From Octopus sinensis (taxonomy: Eukaryota): a DNA stretch of 64,000 bases. The stretch covers positions 58,590,001-58,654,000 of the forward strand of contig NC_043005.1 of the NCBI RefSeq assembly GCF_006345805.1, read 5' to 3'. How positions within the stretch are numbered: the first letter of the stretch is position 1; each line of letters begins with the position of its first letter. The position numbers were made by a program, and so were the translations under genes. Shown here piece by piece: positions 1 through 12,215 of the stretch. Under the pieces are notes generated by a model. That model saw only the letters and a list, made by a program, of their open reading frames with translations. It was not told the origin of the DNA and searched no databases.

Positions 1-454
1 TATTTTATCTCGTTCGGCTTAACAGCCCTTCTTGTCTGTGTTACTGTTATTCTCCCTGTCCTGTCTTTTACTGTTTATATTTTGTACTGTTGTTACTGTC
101 CTGTTTTTGTTACCATTTTTACCCCTCCGCAAAAAAATCTCAAATTTTATTTGCTTTTCACGGAAGGATTGTTTCAGTTGAAGATGTGTCTCACCTTCAC
201 CTTCGAAACGCGGTGTAGATGAAACCATGGCGACTGAAGAAGGGGAGTTTTCTTTGTGTTATTTCCAGTACTCTATTTTTGTCGTTTGTAAGAAAATGTC
301 CAGTTCCTTGGTTTTGTGTTTATGTTTTCGTTTCTCATTGTGTTCGACGTTTTTCGGTGTCCTGTACCCATATATGCATGTATATATACATGTAGATGTA
401 GGTACGTACATATATGTATGTATATATGCATATGTTTTATTATTAATTTGTTAT

Positions 455-489
<35 letters not shown>

Positions 490-616
490 GATATATAAAT
501 TAATCAAAATAAAAACATGACGCCAAGGATTCAGCGGTACATATGTTTCGGGCCTTATTAGACGGATTTATAACAATGCATAATGTATGTCTGTGGCCTT
601 CTTGTATGTATGGTAA

Positions 617-778
617 GGCACAGGAGTGGCTGTATGGTAAGTAGCTTGCTTACCAACCACATGGTTATAGGTTCAGACCCACTGCGTGGCACCTTGGGCA
701 AGGTTTCTTCTATATAGCCTCGGGCCGACCAAAGCCTTGTGGAGTGGATTTGATAGACAGAAACTGAAAGAAGCTGTC

Positions 779-826
<48 letters not shown>

Positions 827-1050
827 TGTGTGTATGTGTTTTGTGTTGTGTTATTTCCCCCCCAACATTGCTTGACAACCGATGGTGGTGTGTTTGCATC
901 CCCGTAACCTAGCAGTTCGGCAAAAGAGACCGATAGAGAAAGTACTAGGCTTACAAAGAATAAATCCTGGGGTTGATTTGCTCGACTAAAGGTGCTCCAG
1001 CATGGCCACTGTCAAATGACTGAAACAAGTAAAAAAGAAAAGAAAAAGAG
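617..1050 (+). mobile_element. tRNA-derived SINE family 1 (representative copy) with an internal microsatellite
   Basis: A-box TGGCT(G/A)TGTGG, B-box GGTTCAG(T/A)CC, core gcaccttgggcaag, a central (TA)n/(TG)n tract and tail gactgaaacaagtaaaagag. Other copies at about 4700-5110(+), 13945-14335(-), 17470-17880(+), 19077-19490(+), 28285-28672(-), 31688-32130(+), 40648-41100(+), 43935-44452(-), 46445-46830(-, 3' half), 48315-48700(-), 48760-48895(+, 5' part) and 62390-62640(+, 3' half). Confidence 0.85.
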
Positions 1051-4000
1051 ATATATATGTGCATGCCTATATATACACAAAGTTTTTACATGTGTGTGCA
1101 TGTGCATATGTATGTTTGTGTGGCCCAGAGTTCAGCAACTTAACTATACATTCACTGTGCTTCATTAAATAAATAACAGTCGATCTGAGGCTAAGCAACA
1201 ACCATAATAGAAGACACCAAATACGACTCCATGAAGAAGCCTTTAAGAAGTGGCTCAACCTGGTAAGAATAGCCACTAAATCTCCCTTAAACAACATTCA
1301 GCTGCATTCTTATTTCTTTATTGCCCACAAGGGGCTAAACATAGAGAGGACAAACAAGGACAGACAAAGGTATTCAATCGATTATATCAACCTCAGTGCG
1401 TAACTGGTACTTAATTCATTGACCCCAAAAGGATGAAAGGCAAAGTTGACCTCGGCAGAATTTGAACTCAGAACCGCTAAGCATTTCGCCCGGCATGCTA
1501 ACACTTCTGCCAGCTCACCACATTTCAGCTGCATTCTACTATCTTCAGAGACACCATATTAATATAATTATTCTGGCAAAAAGAAAATTATTTAATCTTA
1601 GTAGAATTGTCTTTGATCATAAGTCTGCTATGTTAAAGCTGACTCACAGTAAAACAACTTCAACAGCCACATATGCAAAATAACAACATAAATTATTTAT
1701 ATTTTTATTCATATAAATATTTTTTAAATCATGAAATTGCATAAAAGTTTGAAAACCTACTATTATAAACTTGACTTTGTTTCCCCCTATTTCAAATAAT
1801 TGTTAGCTAATAGCTAATATAGCTAATATATGATGTCACATAAACAGCCATGAGGTCTACTTTTTTCATATTTTCCCCACTTCAAATAATGGTTATCTAA
1901 TGTATACATATAAACAGCCATGCAGATACAAGACATTATGATAAACAATGTATATACACAAACAACAAGCCTTGAATATTTAAAAAAAAATGTATGCTCA
2001 CCTATTTACTTTAATAATGAAATTAGTACTGCCATCAAATGGGAGATGCTCAACGCCAGCAGTTTTTAACCTAGTTCATATCACATCTTTGGAAACATTG
2101 TGAGTTTGTAAGTAGGCAGCTAATGTTAAGGAGGCCCTGTGATGGAGATAATGAGGTCTTAGGTGCTTCTTAGAAATAAAGTATTCAAATTAGGTTACAA
2201 AGCATAAAATTTGTCTGGAGCAAAATATGAGTCAGACATTCTGTCATCATTGATCAGATATGCCAAGGTTCAATGTAAGTTCTATAAGTCCTGATCTTCT
2301 TTATTAATTGTTATAAAAACTAACTGTATCATCCGGCGTTGCTCAGGTTTGTTTTGACCCTTTAGAATTGGAATTTTTGAAAAGTAAAAATTTTGTATTA
2401 TGTAGCTTGTTATTCTCTTTAAGTGAACATTTTTCTGTTTGAAATACACCAAAAAATGGTGACACAAGCAGTTAAAAAGTCGTAAAAAAAAAAATAGGGA
2501 TTTTCATAGAAAAAAAAGCACCTTTTTGATGTAAATAATTTTTGGTGTTAACATGGTCTGATTTGAATCTTTTCTCCTACGGAAGGAAGAGAAAGCCTTC
2601 TTCTATCATACTCTCAATTTTGGTCAACTTGTGCCGCAGGGTCTTGGAGGAGATTGTGTTAGTTGAAGGCTACCAAACCTGCCATACACGAGATTTAACA
2701 TAACTGGTTATAGTCCATGCAAAAATCTAAAGAGTGGTACATACTGGTTGAGATACTATAAGAAAATATGAATACTATACCAATAATTTTTGACTAATTA
2801 ATATAATCTACAAAGTCCTTTTTTATTTTTGGATGTGGAGAGGGGTCATTTGTAAAATGCTGCTCTCTGAAAAAGAGATGTTGAGTTATACCTAAAAGAA
2901 ATAGCAAAATCTCTTTTTTAAATCCCAGTTATTTAAGATAAAACAAACAAACAAACAGACAAACAAAAAACATTACAGATATGATAGATATTCTTCTCTA
3001 CTCTAAGTGCAAGGCCTGAATTTAGCTACCTTTCACAACATGAAGGGGTCCCATGTATCTTCTGGAAAACTGGGATATACATGGTATAGCAAACCTTTTA
3101 ATAAAATTTTTTAATAGAATTTTAAAATGAGAAATAAAAGGTAAATTAAAACCCAAATTGTTATGTTGTGTACTGAAAGAGTAGAGTTATAGATAGATGC
3201 ATTTCATATAGATGATGGGAAATAGCAGCTAAATCTTTCTCAAAAGTATACCACATAATCTTTAGAAAAGAAGGAAATACCTAGAGGATAGTCCAAGATA
3301 ATCTACTGCCCATTTAGTAAAAGTAAACTCACAATCTCTAATCCATGTGAAAGGGTAGAGCGCAGAATACAGATTCATTTGATGTTTCTGTTTTAACAAG
3401 CCTTCAATTTGAACAAGATATTTGGCAATCAAATTGCTATATTGTATAAAGAAATGTCATGCAGTGAAGTTTTAGATAACTACAGTATTTGAACACTGTA
3501 ATAAACTTTTGATTGCATGAGAAGCTCGTGGTAATAGTTGATCTGCTGCTGTGTCACTCAGCTAATACGTATGCCTTCTCATTTAATACATATATGACAT
3601 ACTGACGTTTTTCTATGGAAGACCTTGTGAGAAACCTTGACTTCCGCATCCTGTCAGCTGTCAAGATGTTGTACAAAGGTTGGAGAGTTTCCATAGCAAT
3701 GTGTTATGTAATTATAATGCATCTACGTAACAGACGGAAGGTGTTGCTTAATGTAAAACTCGTTACATTTTACACATTTCATAGAATGTTATGCAAACTC
3801 GGAAGTATTTGCTGGAATTTCCAATCAGGCAGGTTTTCAGTGATTAGACTTTGTGAATCTAATTAAAAATAAAAGAGCAAACACTATATATGCAAACACA
3901 AATGTGGCTTTCGTTATGTAATGATTAACCAAATGTATGTGTGTGGAGTATAAGAGGGGCAGGCATAAGTGTATTGTGAAGAGGTTTAGTCTACAGCCAT

Positions 4001-4127
4001 GATGTTTTCAGTTCAATCCCACTGCACGGTAACTTGGAACAGGTTTACTTCAATGAAATCAGGATGATCCGTGTCTTTTGAGTGAAATTTAGTGGATGGA
4101 AACTGTGAGGAAGCCTGACATACACAC

Positions 4128-4173
<46 letters not shown>

Positions 4174-4241
4174 TACACTAATAGATGTATATATAAATAC
4201 ATATGTGTGTGTGTATGTATGTGTGTGTGTGTGTGTGTGTG

Positions 4242-4274
<33 letters not shown>

Positions 4275-4597
4275 GGGCTTCATGGAGGCAATGGCCAAGA
4301 CCTTTGGCATTATGTTGTGCTTGGGAAGAAAACCTATCAAGCCAAGCAAATCACAGTCATGGCAGATACTGGTGTCATGCAAATGGCACCTGTGACTGTG
4401 GCATGTAAAAGCACCCATTACATTCTCAAAGTGGTTGGCATTAGGAAGGGCATCCAGCCATAGAAAGCCAGGCCAAATCAGAATGGATTCTGGTGCTGCA
4501 TTTTGGAGTCAATCCGACGGGATCTAGTGGCATTTAACCCATTCCAATGCCAAAACCAGACAAAGAAACTTTTCACATTTCAGATTTATAGATATTG

Positions 4598-4675
<78 letters not shown>

Positions 4676-5109
4676 GGATGTATACATATATATATCTCAG
4701 GAGTTGTTGCATAATAAGAAGCTTGCTTCCCAACTACATGGTTCCAGGTTCAGTCCCACTGTGTGGCACCTTGGGCAAGTGTCTTCTACTATAGCCTCAG
4801 GCCATCCAAAGGTTTGTGACTGGATTTGGTAGACAGAAACTGTCTACCAAATATATATGTATATATATATATATTTATGTATGTTTGGATGTATGTATTT
4901 GTGAGTCTGTGTATGTGTCCCCACCATTTCTTGACAACTGATGTTGTGTTTACGTTTTCGTATCATAGCGATTTGGCAAAAAAGGATCAAAAGAATAAGT
5001 ACTAGGCTTACAAAGAATAAGTCCTGAGCTTGATTTGTTTGACTAAAAATGCTGTGCTCCAGTATGGCCGCAGTGAAATGACTGAAACATGACTGAAACA
5101 AGTAAAAGA

Positions 5110-5197
5110 ATAAAAGTATATATATATATTTATATATATTTGTTTATATACACCTCTCTTTGTCTTATATTCATATATACATATATACTTATATATA

Positions 5198-5244
<47 letters not shown>

Positions 5245-5282
5245 TATATATAATTATATATATATATATATGTATATATATG

Positions 5283-5324
<42 letters not shown>

Positions 5325-5325
5325 G

Positions 5326-5356
<31 letters not shown>

Positions 5357-5380
5357 ATATATATGTATTATATGTATATA

Positions 5381-5411
<31 letters not shown>

Positions 5412-6288
5412 CATACATATATATACATATATATACATATGTGTGTACGTGTGTATGTGTGTATATATATATGAACATGCATGCAGACATACACACACAT
5501 GTGTGCACATATGCATGTATATATATGTGTGTGTGTGTATGTATATATATATACATATGTATATGTATGGACATTTATACAAACACAAACATATATGTTC
5601 AGAAATGCCAAAGAGAAAGATAAATACTTATCTACATACATACAGATATACATATATATATATATATATATACTATATTGCCTCCACAATTTTCTCAGAG
5701 GGGAAAACCAGACACACATAGGCATATCCATATATTTGTGCATATATGTGTGTTTGTGTATATGTATATTTATCATTTCTATCCAGGCACTTACATTCAC
5801 ACATATTCAGACAAGTATATCTGTATGTATATACATGTATCAATATCTGTGCAAAAGTGTATTGATCTTACTTATGTTCCCATAGACATATGCATACAGT
5901 CAAAAATTTGTGTATGCATATGTAAGTGGAAACATACTTGCACATGTATACATACATACATACACATGTTTGTATATGTATATATTTAGAGAGATGCATA
6001 TACACATATATATATACACTCATACACATATATATACATACATACATAGATGTATATATGCACATATATGTGTATATATATATATGAAATTTGTGTGTAT
6101 ATATACATATATATATATACATCTATCTGTCTGTCTGTTTCTCTCTCTCTCTCTCCATATATATATATCTATGCACACGCACATATCTATATGTATATGT
6201 ATATACATGTGAGTGAAAGTGAAAATATAATATTCTATTTAAACACGAAAATATGTTCAGTGCATTTCATGTATATGTACATAAACAA

Positions 6289-6323
<35 letters not shown>

Positions 6324-6420
6324 AACACAAATATGTATCCATATGTGCATATACATGTGCACACGTGTGTGTGTGTGTGTGTGTATGTGTGTATACATGT
6401 GTAGGAGTGGGCTGGTGTAT
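5110..6420. repeat. Compound (TA)n/(TG)n/(CA)n microsatellite field
   Basis: Visible directly. It gives the poly-IY/CV/HT pseudo-ORFs. Similar fields at about 34970-35395, 39000-39680, 49575-49770 and 61385-61700. Confidence 0.95.
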
Positions 6421-6728
6421 AATATATACTGCTCTGAAAGTCTAGTAGTACTTTTATCTAATAGCATCTTGTTATTCAAACAGTTACCCACTTATGTGAT
6501 GCACTCGAAACATTGAAACTATCAATAAAAAACAGAAACAAAAGCAAAAGGAAAAATAAAATAAAAAGAAAAATACCCAAAACAAACACAGTCAGAGTGG
6601 TTATTGTCTCAAAATATAGATTTTAAACAGGAAATAAAACCGGATGCAAATGAAAATATAACACATATGTCAAAAATAAAGACGGAGATATGAAATTTTT
6701 TTACAACAATTTAGAATGAAGTGCTTAA

Positions 6729-6777
<49 letters not shown>

Positions 6778-6835
6778 GTAATAATAATAAAATTTAATAA
6801 TAATAATAATAACAACAACAATGATAATAATAATA

Positions 6836-6877
<42 letters not shown>

Positions 6878-7375
6878 TAATAGGAATATTAATAATGGTA
6901 ATAATAATATCAACAACAACAGCAATAGTAATATATGAGAAAAATGAGTTTTGGTGGAAAGGAAAAAAAATTGATTTTTGAATAATACAGCTTTAAGTAT
7001 AGTCCTTTGTTATATTTGTATTCAAAGTAAAGAATATAAATAGATAAATAAAAATAAATGCTTGAATAATTACATAAAAAAATGCATAAAATACGAAGAA
7101 ACTCATATTATTATTATTATTATCATTATTATATTATTATTATTATTATTATTATTAAGATGGCAAGCTGGCAGAGTCATTAGCATGCTGGTCAAAAGTG
7201 CTTAGCAGCATTTCATTCATCTTCACATCCTGATTTCAAATTTTACCGATCTCAACTTTACCTCTCCTTCCTTCAGGGTCGATAAAATAAGTACCAATTG
7301 AGCACTGGGGGTCGATATAAACCATTTACCCCCACCTCTTCAAAATTGCTGGTCTTGTGTGAAAAGTGGAAACCA

Positions 7376-7483
7376 TCATTATTATTATTATTATTATCAT
7401 GACCATTGTCATCATCATAATCGTTGTTGTCATTATCATCCTCATCATTTTTATTATTATTATTATCATCATCATCCTCATCA

Positions 7484-7523
<40 letters not shown>

Positions 7524-7567
7524 CATCATCATCATCATAATCGTCACCATCATCATCATCGTCATCA

Positions 7568-7625
<58 letters not shown>

Positions 7626-7729
7626 CATCATCCTCATCATCATCATCATCGTCATCATCATCATAATCGTTGTCGTCATCATCGTCGTTGTCATCATCAT
7701 CATAATCGTCATCGTCATCATCATCATCA

Positions 7730-7768
<39 letters not shown>
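7376..7768. repeat. Mosaic (ATT)n/(CAT)n/(CGT)n trinucleotide array
   Basis: Visible directly, between two SINE2 copies. Similar arrays at 6730-6930, 8698-8873, 23200-23290, 23860-24105, 24630-25005, 29495-29670 (CTA/CTG), 56640-56760 and 60700-60830. Confidence 0.95.
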
Positions 7769-7769
<1 letters not shown>

Positions 7770-8000
7770 GGCAGTGAGCAGGCAGATCCATTAGCGTGCC
7801 AGGCAAAATTCTTAGCAGCATTTCGTCTGTCTTCATGTTCTAATTTCAAAAGTTGATTTTGCATTTCATCCTTTCGTGGCTGATAAATTAATTACTTGTG
7901 AAAAACTGCAGCCGATGTAATTGACTATACTCCACCCCACAAAATTCAGGCCTTATGCTTTTAGTAGAAAGGATTATCATCATCATCATTATTATTATTA

Positions 8001-8697
8001 GCTTTTGTTCTTCAATTTTGTTTCCATTTCTTGCCAAGTGTTTTTCTGACACCAAAGGCAAAGAAAATCACTGTGTACATTGATATGCCAGTAAACTAAA
8101 CATACCAAGTTGTTCATTTACAAAGTCAAGGTAATCGTTATCACCACGACAATGCTCTTCTTAATACGTGTGACATACCAGTTGAAACAACCTTTTGCTC
8201 TTCTTGCATGAATGGTAAGCCAGGAGTCATTCTCAAATAATTTTCAGTTCCTTTTTGTTTAACCATTCCAAATGCTACAATTCTTGAGATGCCACATTTT
8301 CTTTCAGTTTTAATGAGCAAATCTTTATATTTTCTGAACTTGTCAAATTTCTTTGCCAAGATATTATGATCACAAGGAATGCTTATGCCGATCAATAAAC
8401 AAAGTTTATTGTTTTAGTCTTTCACAACAATATCCAGTTTATAGTTCTGTCTGTATGTACTGGAAAGTCTGAAAGAATTGTTACATTTTCTCCCTTAGTT
8501 ATAAACTGAGAATGGTGCTTATACTATTTGTCAGCAATTTTGATTTTATAATGCCAACCTATTAACCAGAGTAGGTATTGGCCAACTCTGTCATGTCTTG
8601 ATTTATACTCTACTGATGCTAAAATTTACATTCAGAGATTAGGTGGTCCATGGGCTCAATCTCATTATTACAGAATCAGCACTTTAGGTCTATTCCA
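8001..8697 (-). mobile_element. Degraded R4/Dong-like RLE LINE 3' fragment
   Basis: Minus strand reads DLKC*FCNNEIEPMDHLISECKFLASVEYKSRHDRVG...IGISIPCDHNILAKKFDKFRKYKDL...VLRRALSW. Both sides are flanked by (TAA)n in element orientation. Confidence 0.8.
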
Positions 8698-8735
<38 letters not shown>

Positions 8736-8743
8736 CATCATCA

Positions 8744-8849
<106 letters not shown>

Positions 8850-8873
8850 TATTATTATTAATATTATTATTAT

Positions 8874-9434
8874 TGAGTGAGAGAGCAGTGCATACCATCA
8901 AAATGACACTAGGGTACAAATATATGAAGTCCAATATACCCATCATGACTACCCATCTGATAAGGGTACATCAGGCACATCCATCTCAACCATATGTACA
9001 CAACATGGTGATCTCATAACAAGATAAACAGCACATGACCTTGCAGGTGGAGCCCAGTTAGAATTTTCTTCAGGTTGAGCAGCCCGTTCTGCTCAAAAGG
9101 TCCCTGAAGAAAGTTTCTTTAAGGGTGATGAACGAAACACCCATGTTTCCAGAGGTTAATTGTTCAAACATCAATGAATTCCTCTCAACACATTGCTATG
9201 ATACTTCCCCACTGTTCCTGCTTGCAATCAGAGGTGCACATATATTGTCAGCCATTAAGGGACATAGTCAGCTGGTCAAGATCAAACAACTGACAAGCAG
9301 GTCTGTGGTATTGAGCAGAATATTTGCTATAGCCCATCTTTTTTATACCACGACAAAATATGTATATGATAACACTTCCAATAAGTTAAAATGAGAAACC
9401 ATGAGAACAACTGCCTGGTACTGCTTCAGGGCAT
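8874..9434 (-). mobile_element. Unclassified ~560-bp interspersed element, three copies, associated with (TAA)n
   Basis: The same sequence is at 42789-43333 and 58835-59381. It has no ORF, TIR or obvious A/B boxes, and is flanked by ATT/TAA arrays. The strand assignment is tentative. Confidence 0.7.
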
Positions 9435-9445
9435 ACATTATTATA

Positions 9446-9882
9446 AGTAAAGACAAAGAGTGTGATTTGATTGTAATAGTTATTTTATCGGTTGAACGAT
9501 ATTTCAAGAGTAAGCCTATCTTTGTCGAGTTCAAAATAAGAAGGGATAAAAATTCAAAATTATAGAAATTTAAATTTAAAGTATGAATGAGAGCAACCAG
9601 CATCCACACATCGATGGAATGACATCATCGGTTTTTAAGTTACAATTTTATAACAGGCAAAAAAAAAAGACAAAAAAAAACAGAAAGAAACTTAGACTGA
9701 CGATGTCATTCCATCAACATGTGGACACTGGTTGCTCTCGTTCATACTTTAAATTTAAATTTCTATAATTGTGAATATTTATCACTTCTTATTTTGAACT
9801 TGAGAAAGATAGGCTTACTGTCGAAATATCGTTCAACCAATAAAATATCTATTACAATCAAATCATGCTCTTTGTCTTGACT
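9446..9882. mobile_element. Fold-back element / MITE with ~190-bp inverted arms
   Basis: The left arm aagacaaagagtgtgatttgattgtaatag...gatggaatgacatcatcg is the imperfect reverse complement of 9689-9882. The spacer is short and A-rich. No clear TSD. Confidence 0.75.
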
Positions 9883-9930
9883 GTTTACCTTTGTGAAGAA
9901 TTACACCAACCCTTTAAAATATTATTATTA

Positions 9931-9971
<41 letters not shown>

Positions 9972-10335
9972 GTTATTGTTGTTGTTGTTGTTGTTACGGC
10001 AGTGAGCTAGTAGAATTGTTAGCATGCCGGGTGAAATGCTTACTAGTATATTTCATCTGCTGCTAAGTTTTCAGTTGAAATTCTGCTATGTTTGACTTTG
10101 CCTTTCATCCTTTCATGATTGATAAATTAAGTGCCACTCAAGTACTGGGGTCAATGTAATCAACTATCACCCGTCCCCACAAATTCCAGGCCTACATAAT
10201 CTATAATACTTATAGACCAGTACTTATTTTATCAACCCTGAAAGGATGAAAAGGAAAGTTGAACTCAAAGAATAAAGATGGACAAAATGCTGCTAAGCTT
10301 TTTGTCCAGCATGCTAGCAATTCTACCGGTTGCAG

Positions 10336-10381
<46 letters not shown>

Positions 10382-10382
<1 letters not shown>

Positions 10383-11037
10383 GAGATGGACAAAAAACAA
10401 TAAATCATATTATCTCTGGCTGCCCAGTCCTGGCTAAGAAGGAATATATTCACAGACATGACAGAGTTGGAACCTACATACACTGGAAGCTATGCCAACA
10501 TTATGGAATAACAACAGAAAAAAGATGGTATAGGCACACACCAGAAAAGGTCACAGAAAACGAGAAAGTAACCATACTCTGGGATATGCCAATACACACA
10601 GATAGAGAAATTAAGGCCAACAGACCAGATATAGTTGTCAGAGATCATGAAGAAAAAAAATGCTTTCTAATTGATGTATCAATGTCGGCAGATGACAACG
10701 TGTCTCTAAAAGAAATGGAGAAACTTTCAAAATACAAAGACCTGGAAATAGAGGTAACCAGAATGTGGAATCTAAAAACAGAACAATTCCTATCATAGTA
10801 GGTGCATTAGGCATGATAAAAAAATATTCAGACAAATACATAACAAAAACACCAGGACTTACAAAACACATATAACATACAGAAAATTGCACTACTAGGC
10901 ACTGCACACATCCTACGCAGAACACTTTCCATACAATAACCATCAGAGCATCACAACAAATCACAGCACATACCCAAGGCACACAGAGCTGTGCTCAGTA
11001 GTGAAGTGAAAGCACGCTATAAAAATAGAACTACTGA
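10382..11037 (+). mobile_element. 5'-truncated R4/Dong-like RLE LINE fragment in a (TAA)n tract
   Basis: Reads TINHIISGCPVLAKKEYIHRHDRVGTYIHW...ILWDMPIHTDREIKANRPDIVVRDHEEKKCFLIDVS...EKLSKYKDLEIE, with a frameshift near 10785 into IVGALG. (AAT)n lies immediately on both sides. Confidence 0.88.
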
Positions 11038-11084
11038 ATAATAATAATAATACCAACAACAACAACAATAATAATCATCATCAT

Positions 11085-12215
11085 CATCATCATCATTTAA
11101 CGTCCGCTTTCCATGCTAGCATGGTTGACGGTTCAACTGGGGTCTGGGGAGCCCGAAAGCTGCACCAGTCCAGTCAGATCTCGCAGTGTTTTACAGCTGG
11201 ATGCCCTTCCTAACGCCAACCACTCCGAGAGTGTAGTGGGTGATTTTATGTGCCACCGACACAGGTGCCAGACGAGGCTGGCAAACGGCCATGCTCGGAT
11301 GGTGTTTTTTTATGTGCCACCGACACAGGTGCCAGACGAGGCTGGCAGACGGCCACGCTCGGATGGTGTTTTTATGTGCCACCGACACAGGTGCCAGATG
11401 AGGCTGGCAAAACGGCCACGATCGGATGGTGCTTGTTACGTGCCCACAGCACGGAGTCCAGTCGATGCGGTACTGGCTACGGCCATGTTCGGATGGTTTT
11501 CTTGTGTGCCACGTGCCACCGGCACTGGTACCACAAGGATACAAATTCCATTGATGTTCATCTATTTTGATTTGTTTTGATTTTCACTTGCCTCAACAGG
11601 TCTTCACAAGTGTCACAAGAAGGAAGGTATGCACAGGTGGACTGACTACGTCCCTGGTAGGGGCCATGGGTTATGGCCTGACTAGTCTTGCCGGGTCTTC
11701 GGATGGTGTTTTTATGTGCCACCGACACAGGTGCTAGATGAGGCTGGCGAACGGCCACGATCGGATGGTGTTTGTCATGTGCCCACCGCACTGACGGATT
11801 TCTTGTGTGCCACAGGCACTGGTACCACAAGATACAAATTCCATTGATGTTCATCTATTTTGTCTATTTTGATTTGATTTGATTTGATTTGATTTGATTT
11901 TCACTTGCCTCAACCGATCTTCACAAGTGTCACAAGAAGGAAGGTATGCACAGGTGGACTGACTAGTCTTGCCGGGTCTTCGGAAGGTGTTTTTATGTGC
12001 CACCGACACAGGTGCCAGATGAGGCTGGCGAACGGCCATGATCGGATGGTGTTTGTTACGTGCCCACAGCACGGAGGCCGGTCGATGCGGAACTGGCTAC
12101 GGCCACGTTCGGATGGTTCTCTTGTGTGCCACCGGCACTGGTACCACAGAGTGTGTGCCACCGGCACTGGTACCACATAGATACAGATTCCATTGATGTT
12201 CATCTATTTATAATA
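11085..12215 (-). mobile_element. Non-autonomous retroposon with a (GAT)n tail and an expanded internal ~61-bp minisatellite
   Basis: Core gttggcgttaggaagggcatccagctgta...ggaaagcggacgttaaa(tga)n. The unit ggatggtgtttttatgtgccaccgacacaggtgccagatgaggctggcaaacggccacgatc is repeated about five times. Relatives at about 30640-31320(+), 52905-53300(-), 61995-62340(+), 32570-32720(-), 33600-33800(+) and 4275-4530(+). Confidence 0.75.

Noticed and set aside
1180-1262. Plus-strand exon candidate DLRLSNNHNRRHQIRLHEEAFKKWLNL with a gtaag donor
   Set aside because: The acceptor is poor and the donor falls at the start of a dispersed repeat (gaatagccactaaatctcc). No recognisable homology.
4089-6516. Many long ORFs of IY/CV/HT dipeptides here and at 16.4-20.9, 35, 39, 44 and 61 kb
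   Set aside because: They are translations of (TA)n/(TG)n/(CA)n microsatellites, which lack stop codons in some frames. There is no evidence of coding function.
7273-7836. Poly-N/D, poly-H/Y, poly-I and poly-M ORFs (also at 8.7, 23.8, 24.6 and 29.5 kb)
   Set aside because: They come from trinucleotide arrays open in most frames on both strands and bounded by SINEs or LINEs.
11240-12060. CRISPR-like regularly spaced repeats
   Set aside because: These are tandem ~61-bp minisatellite units with no unique spacers and no cas genes, in a eukaryotic repeat context.
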